From a virus: a stretch of 25,960 bases of DNA. Shown here one piece after another: positions 14,242 through 23,686 of this stretch. The stretch lies in UHGV virus genome UHGV-0396296; one strand, given 5' to 3'. Within the stretch, counting starts at the first letter, position 1; each line of letters begins with the position of its first letter. Made by a program: the position numbers and the translations under genes. The notes beneath the pieces were generated by a model. That model was not told the DNA's origin. It was given only the letters and a program-made list of their open reading frames with translations, and did not search any database.

Positions 14242-14593
14242 CCCCGTCCGTTGCTGTTATGCCCAGCAGGGCATTTAATACGGCATCTGTTCCGCTATTT
14301 TCGACATTTGTTACTCGTTCTTCGATTGTTTTGCCTTCTTTGGCTGTGTACGGTTTTTCTTCCAGATCCGCTATTCGCTGTCGTGCAAAATCACGGTAGG
14401 TCAGTTCTTCGACACAATCCTCTGTGTGTATGGCTCCCTCTGTTAGTTTGTTTATTACATCATTTGTCTGTATTAGAAACGTCTTGTAGAAATTTATTTC
14501 TGTTGGCACATCGTCCGCAAAGCTCGCCTTAAAATCTTCCAGTGTCTGCATTTCATATTTTTCTAATAGCTCTGTAGGTATCATCACTTCCAC
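14225..14593 (-). CDS. Hypothetical tail-region protein (122 aa)
   Basis: ORF in the structural operon. No motif recognised. Confidence 0.45.
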   Translation of the reverse strand: MEVMIPTELLEKYEMQTLEDFKASFADDVPTEINFYKTFLIQTNDVINKLTEGAIHTEDCVEELTYRDFARQRIADLEEKPYTAKEGKTIEERVTNVENSGTDAVLNALLGITATDGGETNE

Positions 14594-15060
14594 CGTCCTC
14601 TCACTTCATGCCAGAATGTGCCGGCACCGCCGTCTTGGTTAGATATATATAGTGCTTCCAGTCCGTTCATAGATAGTTCCTTTACGCTGCCCCATGATAT
14701 TCCTGTACCCCAGTCGCAATCTACAGACGCAAAATCAACGGATGTGAAAACCCCGGATGGCAATGTTTGGGTATAATTTCGATAATAAAATCCATTCACC
14801 GTCCCAGTCACTCCAAAATTAGATGATGTTGTCTGTTTGAACGCTTCGGCTCTACCGCTGTCCCATTTTCGCCATATCCATCCGTTTGTTGTCCCCTGGT
14901 CTACTATCCAGTCATCTACGCCCCAATTATTTAGTGCATCAGCCCCTGTCGTTGCGCCGGTGCCCCCTTTGTTTGTTGGAATAATCGGCAATCTGCTTAC
15001 CGGTATTTGCGCGGTAGACATTTCCAGTAACGCTTGTAACGCATTGTCTATTACGCTCAT
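14584..15060 (-). CDS. Tail fiber / receptor-binding-like protein carrying a GGTGATT repeat motif
   Basis: RBS AGGAAAGGAGAG before ATG 15060. Motif IPTNKGGTGATTGADALNNWG is shared with the upstream paralogue. Confidence 0.5.
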   Translation of the reverse strand: MSVIDNALQALLEMSTAQIPVSRLPIIPTNKGGTGATTGADALNNWGVDDWIVDQGTTNGWIWRKWDSGRAEAFKQTTSSNFGVTGTVNGFYYRNYTQTLPSGVFTSVDFASVDCDWGTGISWGSVKELSMNGLEALYISNQDGGAGTFWHEVRGRWK

Positions 15061-15487
15061 CTTCTCTCCTTTCCTGCTCTATCGGATATCCCGCATCGGC
15101 AAACATGTTTATCGTTTCCTGCGATATATCCACTCCTAAATTTACACGGGCTTGGGCGGCTGTCGTCGCACCGGTCCCGCCCTTTGCTACCGTAATCGTC
15201 GGCAGCCTGTTTATAGACATCGTGCCGCTGGTTATATCCGACGCAGAATGTGTGTGTTCCTCGTCGGCCGCTCCGATATTTTCCGGCGTGATGCCCAAAT
15301 TAGTACGGGCGTTTGCCGCACTGGTAGCTCCGGTGCCGCCTCGCGTTATCGGTAGCGTTCCAGATGTTATATTGGCGGCGCTGTGGTTGTGGCTTGCAGA
15401 GGCGGCTCCGATGTTGGCCGGTGTCGCCCAGTCCATTATTTTTTCCACCAGGCGCTGCACACCCGATAAATCTAAAAATTTGGCCAT
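14939..15487 (-). CDS. Tail fiber-like protein with two H-x-HSA...ITSGT...GGTGAT...AR.NLG repeats and C-terminal ISQETINMFADAGYPI motif
   Basis: Start placed at ATG 15487 (MAKFLDLSGVQRLVEKI, an N-terminal motif similar to the upstream gene). The 3' end overlaps the next gene by about 120 nt. Confidence 0.5.
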   Translation of the reverse strand: MAKFLDLSGVQRLVEKIMDWATPANIGAASASHNHSAANITSGTLPITRGGTGATSAANARTNLGITPENIGAADEEHTHSASDITSGTMSINRLPTITVAKGGTGATTAAQARVNLGVDISQETINMFADAGYPIEQERREDERNRQCVTSVTGNVYRANTGKQIADYSNKQRGHRRNDRG

Positions 15488-15496
15488 GGCTACCAC

Positions 15497-16114
15497 CTAC
15501 GAGAACATCGCGTCTATTTCTGTAGTGGTAATCGCCACCAAATCCGTCTTGCTCCAGTATCCGGACAGATCTACCGCTGTTGTACCTATCTGCTCCCAGG
15601 CGCTATTTATCCAGATGTACTCGTTGTACACGTTCTGACCGCTTCCGCCCGAGGACACCAGGTAGACTTTGCCTGTCTCTCCTGCGGATGGAAGAGATGC
15701 CACTACTTCAAACTCAAGCCCAGTTATGTCGCCAATACTTGACGCTATAGCTGCTTGCACAAATGCCGTTGTGGCTATTTGTGTATTGTTGGTATCTGTT
15801 CCTGCGGTCGGCGCCGTGGGTGTACCGGTAAACGCAGGACTTGCCAATGGTGCTTTACTTGCCAATCCCGGCACCGTTACATTGCCACTTGCATCCACGG
15901 AAATATCGCTTCCGGACTTTACGCCGCCCAGGGCTCCTGAAGTAGCTGCTGGCAGTGTATAATTTTGCAAGCTTTCGAGCTTAGATTTTTCCTCGTTTGT
16001 AAAATCATTTGCGGACAAACCTTTTCCTTCCTCTGTATCCACTTTTCCGGCCAGCTCCGCCTGGATTTTGCCGACTAGATACGTCGCCCCCGCTTTGTCT
16101 AAATACTCAGCCAT
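15497..16114 (-). CDS. Tail fiber protein
   Basis: 205-aa ORF. N-terminal LSANDFTNEEKSKLESL and C-terminal KVYLVSSGGSGQNVYNEYIWINSAWEQIG are typical tail-fiber motifs. Confidence 0.6.
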   Translation of the reverse strand: MAEYLDKAGATYLVGKIQAELAGKVDTEEGKGLSANDFTNEEKSKLESLQNYTLPAATSGALGGVKSGSDISVDASGNVTVPGLASKAPLASPAFTGTPTAPTAGTDTNNTQIATTAFVQAAIASSIGDITGLEFEVVASLPSAGETGKVYLVSSGGSGQNVYNEYIWINSAWEQIGTTAVDLSGYWSKTDLVAITTTEIDAMFS

Positions 16115-16131
16115 GTCTTCTCTCCTTTCTT

Positions 16132-16410
16132 TTAACTAAAAAGCGACGCCAGATATTCCAGACTTATGTTGTCTGCTTCTGCCACCGCTCCAACTTCTCC
16201 GGCGTTATATGCCGGTTTATTCGCTTCTTTAGCCCAGCCCGGTACGGTTGGGTCTAGCTCGTTTATGTTACCTATTATTGTTCGCTCGTCCAACGTGGGG
16301 AGGTTTTGTAATTTCTCATAATCGTCCGTGGTCTCATAGTATATCTCTTTTCCGTCCGTCAGGTCCATATCTTCAGTTACTGTCAGGTTCTGGATTTTCA
16401 GTTCCACCAT
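16132..16410 (-). CDS. Hypothetical tail/baseplate protein (92 aa)
   Basis: ORF in the tail operon. Overlaps the upstream gene by 38 nt in another frame. Confidence 0.4.
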   Translation of the reverse strand: MVELKIQNLTVTEDMDLTDGKEIYYETTDDYEKLQNLPTLDERTIIGNINELDPTVPGWAKEANKPAYNAGEVGAVAEADNISLEYLASLFS

Positions 16411-16711
16411 CCGGAATCACTCCCTCCTTCAGTATCGCCTCTACCGGCACCGTGACGATGTTGCTGGCGTAGGCGGTATTGTTCGTAGACAATACACGCA
16501 GCTGCATGGCAACATCCATCTTGGCTGTCAGGGATAGCGTTTCCTCCTGCGTCAATGTTGCCGATATGACTTCGCCTTCTATGGAAACATCTGCCTCCGT
16601 TTTTTCTATAACCACGCCCTGCTGCTCTAATGTCAGGTACAGGTTTTGTATTTCTATTTTAGACAGCCCGGTAACGGTTATCTGTAGGGTGGGTGTTGTA
16701 CCTCGTCTCAC
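16373..16711 (-). CDS. BppU N-terminal-domain-like baseplate protein
   Basis: GTG start after a GGGAGG RBS. MRRGTTPTLQITVTG...IQNLYLTLEQQG...ISATLTQEETLSL resembles the BppU_N domain. Confidence 0.5.
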   Translation of the reverse strand: MRRGTTPTLQITVTGLSKIEIQNLYLTLEQQGVVIEKTEADVSIEGEVISATLTQEETLSLTAKMDVAMQLRVLSTNNTAYASNIVTVPVEAILKEGVIPDGGTENPEPDSN

Positions 16712-16724
16712 GCGATCACCTCCC

Positions 16725-17267
16725 CTAGTCTGTTATCGGGTAGCCGGCATCCTCGAACATGTTTATGGTTTCTTGGGATATCGGCACAGTGTCAAACACA
16801 GGTGTTACGCTCGTCAGCGTTATGTTGTTTATCAATACCTGAAACATAGGTAAATCAACAGTGTTATCGCCATCGTCAATATTTCCCGATGTGTAGGTCG
16901 GCACCGAAGGGGACCCCGTTGTTGGCGTTCCCTGTATAACCACCCAGGCAATACTCTCTACAGCGGTCTCTGCAGCCTTGGTGTACCTCGCCACAACTAG
17001 GTCTATCCGGTTTTCGCCCTGATTCCCATTGTTTATCGTTATTTCATCATATGACCCCGGCTGCACCCAAAACGCCCGGCCCTGGAGGACTCCAATTCCA
17101 CTTCGTATCCTAACCTCGTTATTGCTCTGTATCTGTGCCTGGAATCCTTCGGTAACCGGGTCTATCAACGCCCCGCTTTCGCTGCCAGTTAAAAGGCCAC
17201 GGCTCAGCGCCGCAAACTGCGCTGCGGTCACATGGGGCGACCCTTTATATCCTGTTATTAATTCCAT
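16725..17267 (-). CDS. Tail/baseplate protein ending in ISQETINMFEDAGYPI motif
   Basis: 180-aa ORF. The C-terminal 16 residues are near-identical to a motif in the gene at 14939-15487. Confidence 0.5.
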   Translation of the reverse strand: MELITGYKGSPHVTAAQFAALSRGLLTGSESGALIDPVTEGFQAQIQSNNEVRIRSGIGVLQGRAFWVQPGSYDEITINNGNQGENRIDLVVARYTKAAETAVESIAWVVIQGTPTTGSPSVPTYTSGNIDDGDNTVDLPMFQVLINNITLTSVTPVFDTVPISQETINMFEDAGYPITD

Positions 17268-17279
17268 ACATCTTCCTTT

Positions 17280-18281
17280 CTACGCTTCAGCGCCATCGTC
17301 ACCTTCAAGCTCATAGTCTTTACTTATTACGCCGTCCTCTTCGGTGTATATTTTGTTTTCTACAGGCTTTGCCATGTACATTCCCGTCACATAGTCTCTG
17401 CCGCCCACAATATCACCGATGTCTACGTCTATATCCAGGGCTTCGACATTCATGTTAAACTCCTGCATATCCATCAACTCCTGCAATTTTTCAATTCCCT
17501 TTTCCTCCAACTCGTCAGCTTCGGCATTGGAAAAATCATACGTTTCGGCTCGTTCATCGACCCCCACATAATACTGCGTAGCTCCGATTGTCCCATTTTG
17601 CTGCACGTATAGGTGTATGACCGTTCTGTCAATGCCCTCGCCTTTTCCCAGGCAAATCAGATGGTTTATACCGTTCCGCTTTTCGTGGAACGTAAAATTT
17701 AGCTGGCAATCCTGAGAAAGCTCAATGGTGTTCGACTGGTCTACTATGGGCTGAGCCGAAAGCTCAATATATGTTGGCAATCCACCATCTTGCTGTATGG
17801 CTCGTATCTGCAACTTATAATCAACACTTTTTAGCATTTTGACTATCCCTGCCCGCAGGGTCGCATACCTGTCAAACTGGTAATTGCTAACGGATACGCC
17901 AGAACTCTCATTAGAAACCACAAAAAGCGAGCCTAAACCCGCTTCCGCTACCAAGTCCGCTATTACGCTGTTCAACTCTCCGGATACCGTCTTATAGGCC
18001 TGTCCTGCTGGCGGCTCGATGATTTTCTTCTCCAGCACGTTACGCCATGTGAATCCTTCTATTTTTATATCCCCTTCGGCGGTCTCGGACGTTTTTTCAC
18101 CAATAATACCGCCATATTCGGTATTGGGAATATAGACCCAGTTGCCATATGCCAGTTCATTGCTATAATCATCCGCGACTATCGTCATTTCAAAAGTACG
18201 GTCATTGTTCAGGTCTATGTCGATTTTCTTGTAATTTAATCGCCTAAGCTCTATCCCTGTAGGGTCGGAAAGTATTACCAT
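17280..18281 (-). CDS. Tail protein (Tal/baseplate-hub-like, short)
   Basis: 333-aa ORF immediately downstream of the Dit-like gene. Position-based call. Confidence 0.5.
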   Translation of the reverse strand: MVILSDPTGIELRRLNYKKIDIDLNNDRTFEMTIVADDYSNELAYGNWVYIPNTEYGGIIGEKTSETAEGDIKIEGFTWRNVLEKKIIEPPAGQAYKTVSGELNSVIADLVAEAGLGSLFVVSNESSGVSVSNYQFDRYATLRAGIVKMLKSVDYKLQIRAIQQDGGLPTYIELSAQPIVDQSNTIELSQDCQLNFTFHEKRNGINHLICLGKGEGIDRTVIHLYVQQNGTIGATQYYVGVDERAETYDFSNAEADELEEKGIEKLQELMDMQEFNMNVEALDIDVDIGDIVGGRDYVTGMYMAKPVENKIYTEEDGVISKDYELEGDDGAEA

Positions 18282-19141
18282 CTGGGCTCCGTCCTTTCTG
18301 CATATATCGTTATGTCAAATCCAAACGTGCCGGACCAGTTTACAGTAATGCGTCCGCCCGGTATCGGCGTGAAAACAGATTGCAACTTCCCTCGGTCATT
18401 AAACAGGTCTTTTGTTGTCCCGTTAGTTCTGTACTTTGTCACAGTATTTGCGGCGCTGTCGATAACAATATACTCGCCGCTTTCCAACGTATCTGTTACC
18501 TCATAGGGCCAGCCATTTATCAGGATTCTAGGATTCTCACAGGGGCCATAAATCGTCATTTTGAAATCATTAGACGCGTAGTTGTCTATGTTCCAACTTT
18601 CAACGCCGCTCTCGGGCGCCGAGAAATCAAACGAGAAGTCAAAAGGAAAATCGAGGTAGTCCCCGCTCGTCCCGCTTCCTGGCGTGCCAGCCGGATAGAA
18701 CTGGCGTGTGTACTCTTTTATCCACATGGGATTATCACACAGCACCTGAAATTCATTAAACATAAACGGAATCCCGCCCATGGTCCAGTCAGACTTACTG
18801 GAGCCTATAATCTTACATCTCAGATAATAACCCGTATCTGTCCATAGCCTTCCATCTTCGCCCGCTATAACATCCTTTTCCATCACGTCAGCAAGGTGAT
18901 TTACATCTTCATGCCACTGTGACTGTCGTTCGTCTGGCGGCAACGTATAGTCAGGCCCTACACCTATTTGTACTGTGGGCGTAGATACGTCCCGTCTATA
19001 GTCACGGGTTTTATTTTTTACGCCCACTTGGCTTGTCTGATAAGAATATACCCAGTCCAATAGATCGCCCGCTTGAAAGCGATACGGAAAATCAGAGAAG
19101 TCGATTTTTTCGTTTTCATGATTCACGTAGTAAAAATTCAT
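18275..19141 (-). CDS. Distal tail protein (Dit-like)
   Basis: 288-aa ORF immediately downstream of the tape measure gene. Position and size fit siphovirus Dit. Confidence 0.55.
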   Translation of the reverse strand: MNFYYVNHENEKIDFSDFPYRFQAGDLLDWVYSYQTSQVGVKNKTRDYRRDVSTPTVQIGVGPDYTLPPDERQSQWHEDVNHLADVMEKDVIAGEDGRLWTDTGYYLRCKIIGSSKSDWTMGGIPFMFNEFQVLCDNPMWIKEYTRQFYPAGTPGSGTSGDYLDFPFDFSFDFSAPESGVESWNIDNYASNDFKMTIYGPCENPRILINGWPYEVTDTLESGEYIVIDSAANTVTKYRTNGTTKDLFNDRGKLQSVFTPIPGGRITVNWSGTFGFDITIYAERTEPRW

Positions 19142-19143
19142 GC

Positions 19144-21732
19144 TCAGCTCCTCTCAAATCCTAATTTGCCGATATATCTTGCCATATTCCTGTCGTTAGG
19201 CACCATTCTTATCTGGCTTACACCTCGTTCAAGGCCGCCTGCTATTTGCGCTCCCTGTGCTGTAACTGCTTCGACGATGTACGCCCCCAAGGCATACACA
19301 TCTAACGGTTCAGCCGCCGAATTTGCTCTTGCAGACTCCTTGGCATATTTCACGCTTATATCGTGCGGTATTACCTGGGACCCGTTAGGCAGGTTAACCA
19401 GCTCTCCTCGGCCGCCCTCATTCATTACCGCAAAACCTCCTTGCCAGTTATCTGTACCGTGCGCCAGGTAAGGTATTGTTCCAATGCTTACTCCGGGAAT
19501 CTTGTTTATAAGCCCGATAGCCGCGTTAATTCCGCCAATTACATTGTTTATGAACCCTTTTACCGTATTAACTAAGCGTTGCACAGCCCCAGCAATACCA
19601 GAAAATACACCTGATACAAACGATGTAAGCCCATTCCATGCGGATTTTATGGCATTAAATACATTTACAATAAAACTACGTACTCTCCCCATTACAGATG
19701 ATACGGTGCTATAGATCTTATTGAAAACGCTTACTACCGTATTGATTATCGAAGCTATCGTACTGATAATCTGGCCGACAACGTTTGCGATAAACGATAT
19801 TATCGGTGTTACTATCTGTATTATCGTATTGATTACATTCGCCACAATACTGACTATCGTTGTTATCGCTGGCATTATATACGTTGTTATTATATTTCCG
19901 ATAGTTGTCAATATTGGAGCCAGGGCGCTCACCAATTGCGATATAACGGGTGCGAGCGTCGTTGCTATTTGAGTGATAACCGGTGCAAGCTGCGATACAA
20001 GCGTCGTTATGAGCGGCGCAAGCGTCTGGACAACCTGCCCGATGGCTTGAGCAACCACTATCAGTATCTGGGCAAACGAACCTGCGAGAAGTGTTATTAT
20101 AGGCGTTACTGCTGGCACTAGCTGGGCAAATGCGCTCGCCAATTGCTGTATCGCTGGCATTATAGCTTGTACAACCTCCGTAATAAGTGTGGATAGCGAT
20201 TGGAGAACAGGCTCAAATGATGCTTTTATCTGTTCCCACGATGATATCATGCTGTTTTTAAATTCATCGTTTGTATTCCACAGATACACGATAGCCGCTG
20301 CCAATGCTGCGAATACCGCGATGGCCGGCAAGAAGGGCGCTATCGCTGCTTTCATCGCTCCACCCATCGCTAAAAGCGACGTGCCGGCGCTTTTAGCTGT
20401 AGCTGCGAGTGATGTACCAAACCCCGATATAGTCGTCCCCAGCCCTGAGAATGTTGTGCCGAGGCCAGAGAAGCTCTTAGCGAGATTCCCTTTCAGGCCA
20501 CTTGCTGCCGTGGACACTCTTTTGAAGTTATTCTGCGCGCTCGTTGCGAAATTGGCTATCTTTTGCTGTTCAACGGTCAACGGACCAGCCATACCATTAA
20601 ACGCAGCTCGTACAGTCTGGATATCACCAACAAAGCTCGTTACGGCCGCCCCTGCACTTTTTATGGTGTTGAATGTTTTTACCATCTTTCCGACGCCCGT
20701 GGTTATACTTCCGATTATTTTCAACGCAGGCCCCAAGCTTACTAAAAAAACAGCCCCGAAGGCTGTCACTTTTAAGATTGCCGATTGTAGCCAGTCAGGT
20801 AGCGCCTGAAAACTCGCTATGAATGACTTCACATTGTCTACCATGTTCGCAAATGCTTCGCCGAATTTAACCCCGAGCTCGCTTGCCTTCGCTTCTATTG
20901 TCCCCAGGTTCTCGTTAAACTCCGCCATAAGCGGCTTAAGCTGTGAAAAGAATCCGCCGCCTTTGCCGCCGGCATCAAGGAAGTTTGCTCCGATCCGAGC
21001 AAGAGAAGCTCCGATATTGTCAACAGCTGCGGTAAATGACGTTTCACCCATTATCTGGGCAGCCCCACCTATATTCTTGTTTATGGCATTAAACAACATC
21101 TCTGAGGATATTTTGCCCTCTGACGCAAGAGCCTTTACCTCTGAGGCCGCCACGCCAGCTTCTTCAGCCAGCCACTGATATACCGGCAATCCTCTGTCTG
21201 CGAATTGTTCGAGGTCTTCTGTGTATACAGTTTGCCCCGTTTGAACACGGTTAAGGATTGACCCCATCTCTGACATAGACACTCCCGCTATAGCTGCGGC
21301 GTCGGCGGTCATTTCGAGATATTTTGTCAACTCCTGCCCTGGCTTTATTCCCGCTGCCACAGCATTTGCCGCCACAGTCGCCGCCTCGTCAAGCCCGAAG
21401 GCTGTCCCCTGTACGGAGGTTAGGGCTGAATCCATTATCTTTTCCACACTTTCAGCGTCGTGCCCGAGTGCCTGGAGCTTAGACCTGGCTGTATCTATAC
21501 CTACAAGCCTGTCGAAACCTTTCACGAGTGTTATGCCGGCAAGTGCGCTGGTGGCAGCTACAGCAGGTTTTGTGATCTTGCTTGTCAAACTGTTCCCTAC
21601 ATTCGATATCTTACTGCCAATGTTGGCCATTCGCTTTTCAAATGCTGTTACAGAATTTTGTGCTATCTGGAATGCCTTTTCAAAACTGCTGGCGTTTCCC
21701 GTTATCTTCGCAGACAATACATAATCAGCCAT
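19144..21732 (-). CDS. Tail tape measure protein
   Basis: 862-aa ORF, Ala/Gly/Ile-rich with repetitive helical and hydrophobic segments. Follows the chaperone G/GT pair. Confidence 0.9.
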   Translation of the reverse strand: MADYVLSAKITGNASSFEKAFQIAQNSVTAFEKRMANIGSKISNVGNSLTSKITKPAVAATSALAGITLVKGFDRLVGIDTARSKLQALGHDAESVEKIMDSALTSVQGTAFGLDEAATVAANAVAAGIKPGQELTKYLEMTADAAAIAGVSMSEMGSILNRVQTGQTVYTEDLEQFADRGLPVYQWLAEEAGVAASEVKALASEGKISSEMLFNAINKNIGGAAQIMGETSFTAAVDNIGASLARIGANFLDAGGKGGGFFSQLKPLMAEFNENLGTIEAKASELGVKFGEAFANMVDNVKSFIASFQALPDWLQSAILKVTAFGAVFLVSLGPALKIIGSITTGVGKMVKTFNTIKSAGAAVTSFVGDIQTVRAAFNGMAGPLTVEQQKIANFATSAQNNFKRVSTAASGLKGNLAKSFSGLGTTFSGLGTTISGFGTSLAATAKSAGTSLLAMGGAMKAAIAPFLPAIAVFAALAAAIVYLWNTNDEFKNSMISSWEQIKASFEPVLQSLSTLITEVVQAIMPAIQQLASAFAQLVPAVTPIITLLAGSFAQILIVVAQAIGQVVQTLAPLITTLVSQLAPVITQIATTLAPVISQLVSALAPILTTIGNIITTYIMPAITTIVSIVANVINTIIQIVTPIISFIANVVGQIISTIASIINTVVSVFNKIYSTVSSVMGRVRSFIVNVFNAIKSAWNGLTSFVSGVFSGIAGAVQRLVNTVKGFINNVIGGINAAIGLINKIPGVSIGTIPYLAHGTDNWQGGFAVMNEGGRGELVNLPNGSQVIPHDISVKYAKESARANSAAEPLDVYALGAYIVEAVTAQGAQIAGGLERGVSQIRMVPNDRNMARYIGKLGFERS

Positions 21733-22168
21733 GTGCCCTCCTTCCTGGTGGTTTTAGTCCATTCTTTTTATATATCAGGTCTACCCACCCTCGACCTTCT
21801 TTCGCCTCAACTTCCTTAGCTATCGCCAGATTCTCAGAAACTACTTCCATGTCAGCTTTTTGCATTTTCGCCTTACGCCACAGTTTAAGAGCTTTTTTAC
21901 GTTTCGGCCTATTGACGTTGTATGTCGCCGTAAACACCGCGTTATATACGTTGTATGTATCTGCGACAATCTTACTCTCCCAAGCTTTGTAGATAAACGC
22001 CTTTTCCCGTGGTGTCAGCTCGTCATAGTCGCGTTTCGAATATCCCAAATTAGCCGCGAAAAAAGCGAAGTCCAAATCGTTCTGATAAGGCTCCGCTATA
22101 CGACTATATTCAGGGTCCGGCCCTGCCGAAAAATACTCAAATTCAATTAGTCTTCTCGGAAGAAAAAA
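21725..22168 (-). CDS. Tail assembly chaperone T-extension, expressed as a G-T fusion (22455 to 21725) by -1 frameshift
   Basis: The -1 frame is open from the slippery site to the stop at 21725, verified by hand translation. The track ORF 21725-22075 begins with TTG and lacks an RBS. Confidence 0.6.
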   Translation of the reverse strand, partial: FFLPRRLIEFEYFSAGPDPEYSRIAEPYQNDLDFAFFAANLGYSKRDYDELTPREKAFIYKAWESKIVADTYNVYNAVFTATYNVNRPKRKKALKLWRKAKMQKADMEVVSENLAIAKEVEAKEGRGWVDLIYKKNGLKPPGRRAHG

Positions 22169-22455
22169 GGGCAGTCACGCTCCAGGGCTTCGAGTACCTC
22201 ACCGCCGACCTTTAAATACCCTTCATTTTGAATCAGTGCTTCGGCCATCGTGAGGCCTGTCTTCGTTGGTACGAATGCATCAGCCCCTTCTTCCTTCAGG
22301 CCATAGGCGAAGTATGTTTTCAGCGCAGTAAGGCTTAACATAGCATTGTTCTTGCTTATTTCTGCCATTACTGGCGTTCCTGTCGCGTTTTCAATCATTT
22401 CGACGCGCTTCAGGTTATACTTCAGCTCATAGTTTTTGCCATCTATCTCTATCAC
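22147..22455 (-). CDS. Tail assembly chaperone (gpG-like)
   Basis: 102-aa ORF directly upstream of the tape measure region. Ends ...CPFFFRED. Confidence 0.65.
   Translation of the reverse strand: MIEIDGKNYELKYNLKRVEMIENATGTPVMAEISKNNAMLSLTALKTYFAYGLKEEGADAFVPTKTGLTMAEALIQNEGYLKVGGEVLEALERDCPFFFRED
22162..22168 (-). promoter_or_regulatory. Slippery heptamer T_TTT_TTC for -1 programmed ribosomal frameshift
   Basis: Minus-strand sequence CCTTTTTTCT. 0-frame codons CCT TTT TTC, -1 frame CCC TTT TTT CTT. Confidence 0.6.
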
Positions 22456-22465
22456 GCTTTACCTC

Positions 22466-23242
22466 CTATGCCATCGCCGTAACTGTCGCGGTTCCTGCCT
22501 TTACGGCATTGCCGCTGCTGTCACATTCGATTATCATTATCTCGTTTCCGGTAGTAGCTGCTATTTCGTCAGTCCCGTTCCATGTTGTTCCTGGCGCCGT
22601 GGTTCCATATGTCGGCCAGTCAAGCGGCGCTTCGCCTGTCACGTATTTATAACTATTGCCACCTGTAAGAGATGGATTAACATATATAGCCGTTTCACCG
22701 GACGACGTACCCGCCACAGACACAACAGTTAACGTGCCAAGGGCTGCCGTACCTTCCGGCATAGTATCCGGCGTTACCGGATTCACAAGCAGGTCCACGA
22801 GTGCTCCCATACCGGAAAGCGTTATAGAATAGGTCATACTGTCATCGTATGGCGCCTCTATCGGGTAATCCGTTATAACAGCAAGGCCTCCAAACATTCC
22901 TACCTTGGTCTTTCCGTTCACGACCTTAATGCACACAGGATCGCCGTTTTCAAACGCTGTGGAAAGAATACCGTGGCTCTGGTCATTAGGTACGTAAAGG
23001 CCGTCATTGTCGATGGACCATTCCTTCATGCCTGCCAGATACGACTTCCAGCCGCCCTCTGTATCTTTAGACGTTATTTCGATGGTATCCGCCGACCTGT
23101 TTATGGTCAGCCCCTGCTGTCCACTAATAGCCAAAAGCTCGTCTCCTGTCGTATTAAACACGCACAGGAGTATATCTTTACCAGCAACGGCCTTGGCTAC
23201 CGAGCTGGTAAAATCGCAATAGTTATTGTTGTCAAAAGCCAT
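22466..23242 (-). CDS. Major tail protein with C-terminal Ig-like domain
   Basis: 258-aa ORF upstream of the chaperones. C-terminal Thr/Gly/Ser-rich beta-strand-like region. Confidence 0.75.
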   Translation of the reverse strand: MAFDNNNYCDFTSSVAKAVAGKDILLCVFNTTGDELLAISGQQGLTINRSADTIEITSKDTEGGWKSYLAGMKEWSIDNDGLYVPNDQSHGILSTAFENGDPVCIKVVNGKTKVGMFGGLAVITDYPIEAPYDDSMTYSITLSGMGALVDLLVNPVTPDTMPEGTAALGTLTVVSVAGTSSGETAIYVNPSLTGGNSYKYVTGEAPLDWPTYGTTAPGTTWNGTDEIAATTGNEIMIIECDSSGNAVKAGTATVTAMA

Positions 23243-23256
23243 ATTTTAGCTCCTTT

Positions 23257-23682
23257 CTAAATTTTACACATGAATCCATAGCATACCATGAAGTCATAGG
23301 ACAGCGTGGCATGCTTTTCTCTTGTTTCGTCCGTCTTTATATTCTGTATGCCGTTATTAGTCTGCATTATAAGCTCGAACGGCTCGGGAAGCTCGATATT
23401 TTCGGTCAAAGCTTCCTCAAGGCTGTCTATAAGTTCATACACGCCTACGGAAGATATAACATCTCCTTCAGGCGGCGCAGCGATGCAGTGAATATTGACC
23501 GTGAACACGTCTCTGAACATCGTCTTGCTATTAGCAGGCGTAGACCTTACCAGTTCCGCAAAATAAAAAGGGCTTGGCGTGTTTAAGGCTACATAGTCAT
23601 AGCACCTAATCCCCGTCTTTTCTTCTATTTTACTTTGTATCGCCGCCATAAGTGCGGTGGGCGATAATCTCTCGTATGCCAT
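23257..23682 (-). CDS. Tail terminator / tail completion-like protein
   Basis: 141-aa ORF between the gp10-like gene and the major tail protein. Position-based call. Confidence 0.45.
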   Translation of the reverse strand: MAYERLSPTALMAAIQSKIEEKTGIRCYDYVALNTPSPFYFAELVRSTPANSKTMFRDVFTVNIHCIAAPPEGDVISSVGVYELIDSLEEALTENIELPEPFELIMQTNNGIQNIKTDETREKHATLSYDFMVCYGFMCKI

Positions 23683-23686
23683 ATGC

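Noticed and set aside
15487-15499. In-frame TAG separating two tail-fiber ORFs in the same reading frame (15497-16114 and 14939-15496), considered as stop-codon read-through or TAG recoding
   Set aside because: The downstream ORF has its own ATG at 15487 with an AGGTGG-like RBS and begins with an N-terminal motif paralogous to the upstream gene. All other long genes (tape measure, capsid, integrase) are intact under the standard code, so genome-wide recoding is not supported.
14584-17267. Diversity-generating retroelement targeting the tail fiber genes
   Set aside because: No reverse transcriptase gene and no template/variable repeat pair with adenine-specific differences. The repeated segments differ at synonymous positions.
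19363-21178. Multiple plus-strand ORFs antisense to the tape measure gene
   Set aside because: They lie wholly inside an 862-aa minus-strand gene with strong coding character, have no RBS, and give low-complexity translations.
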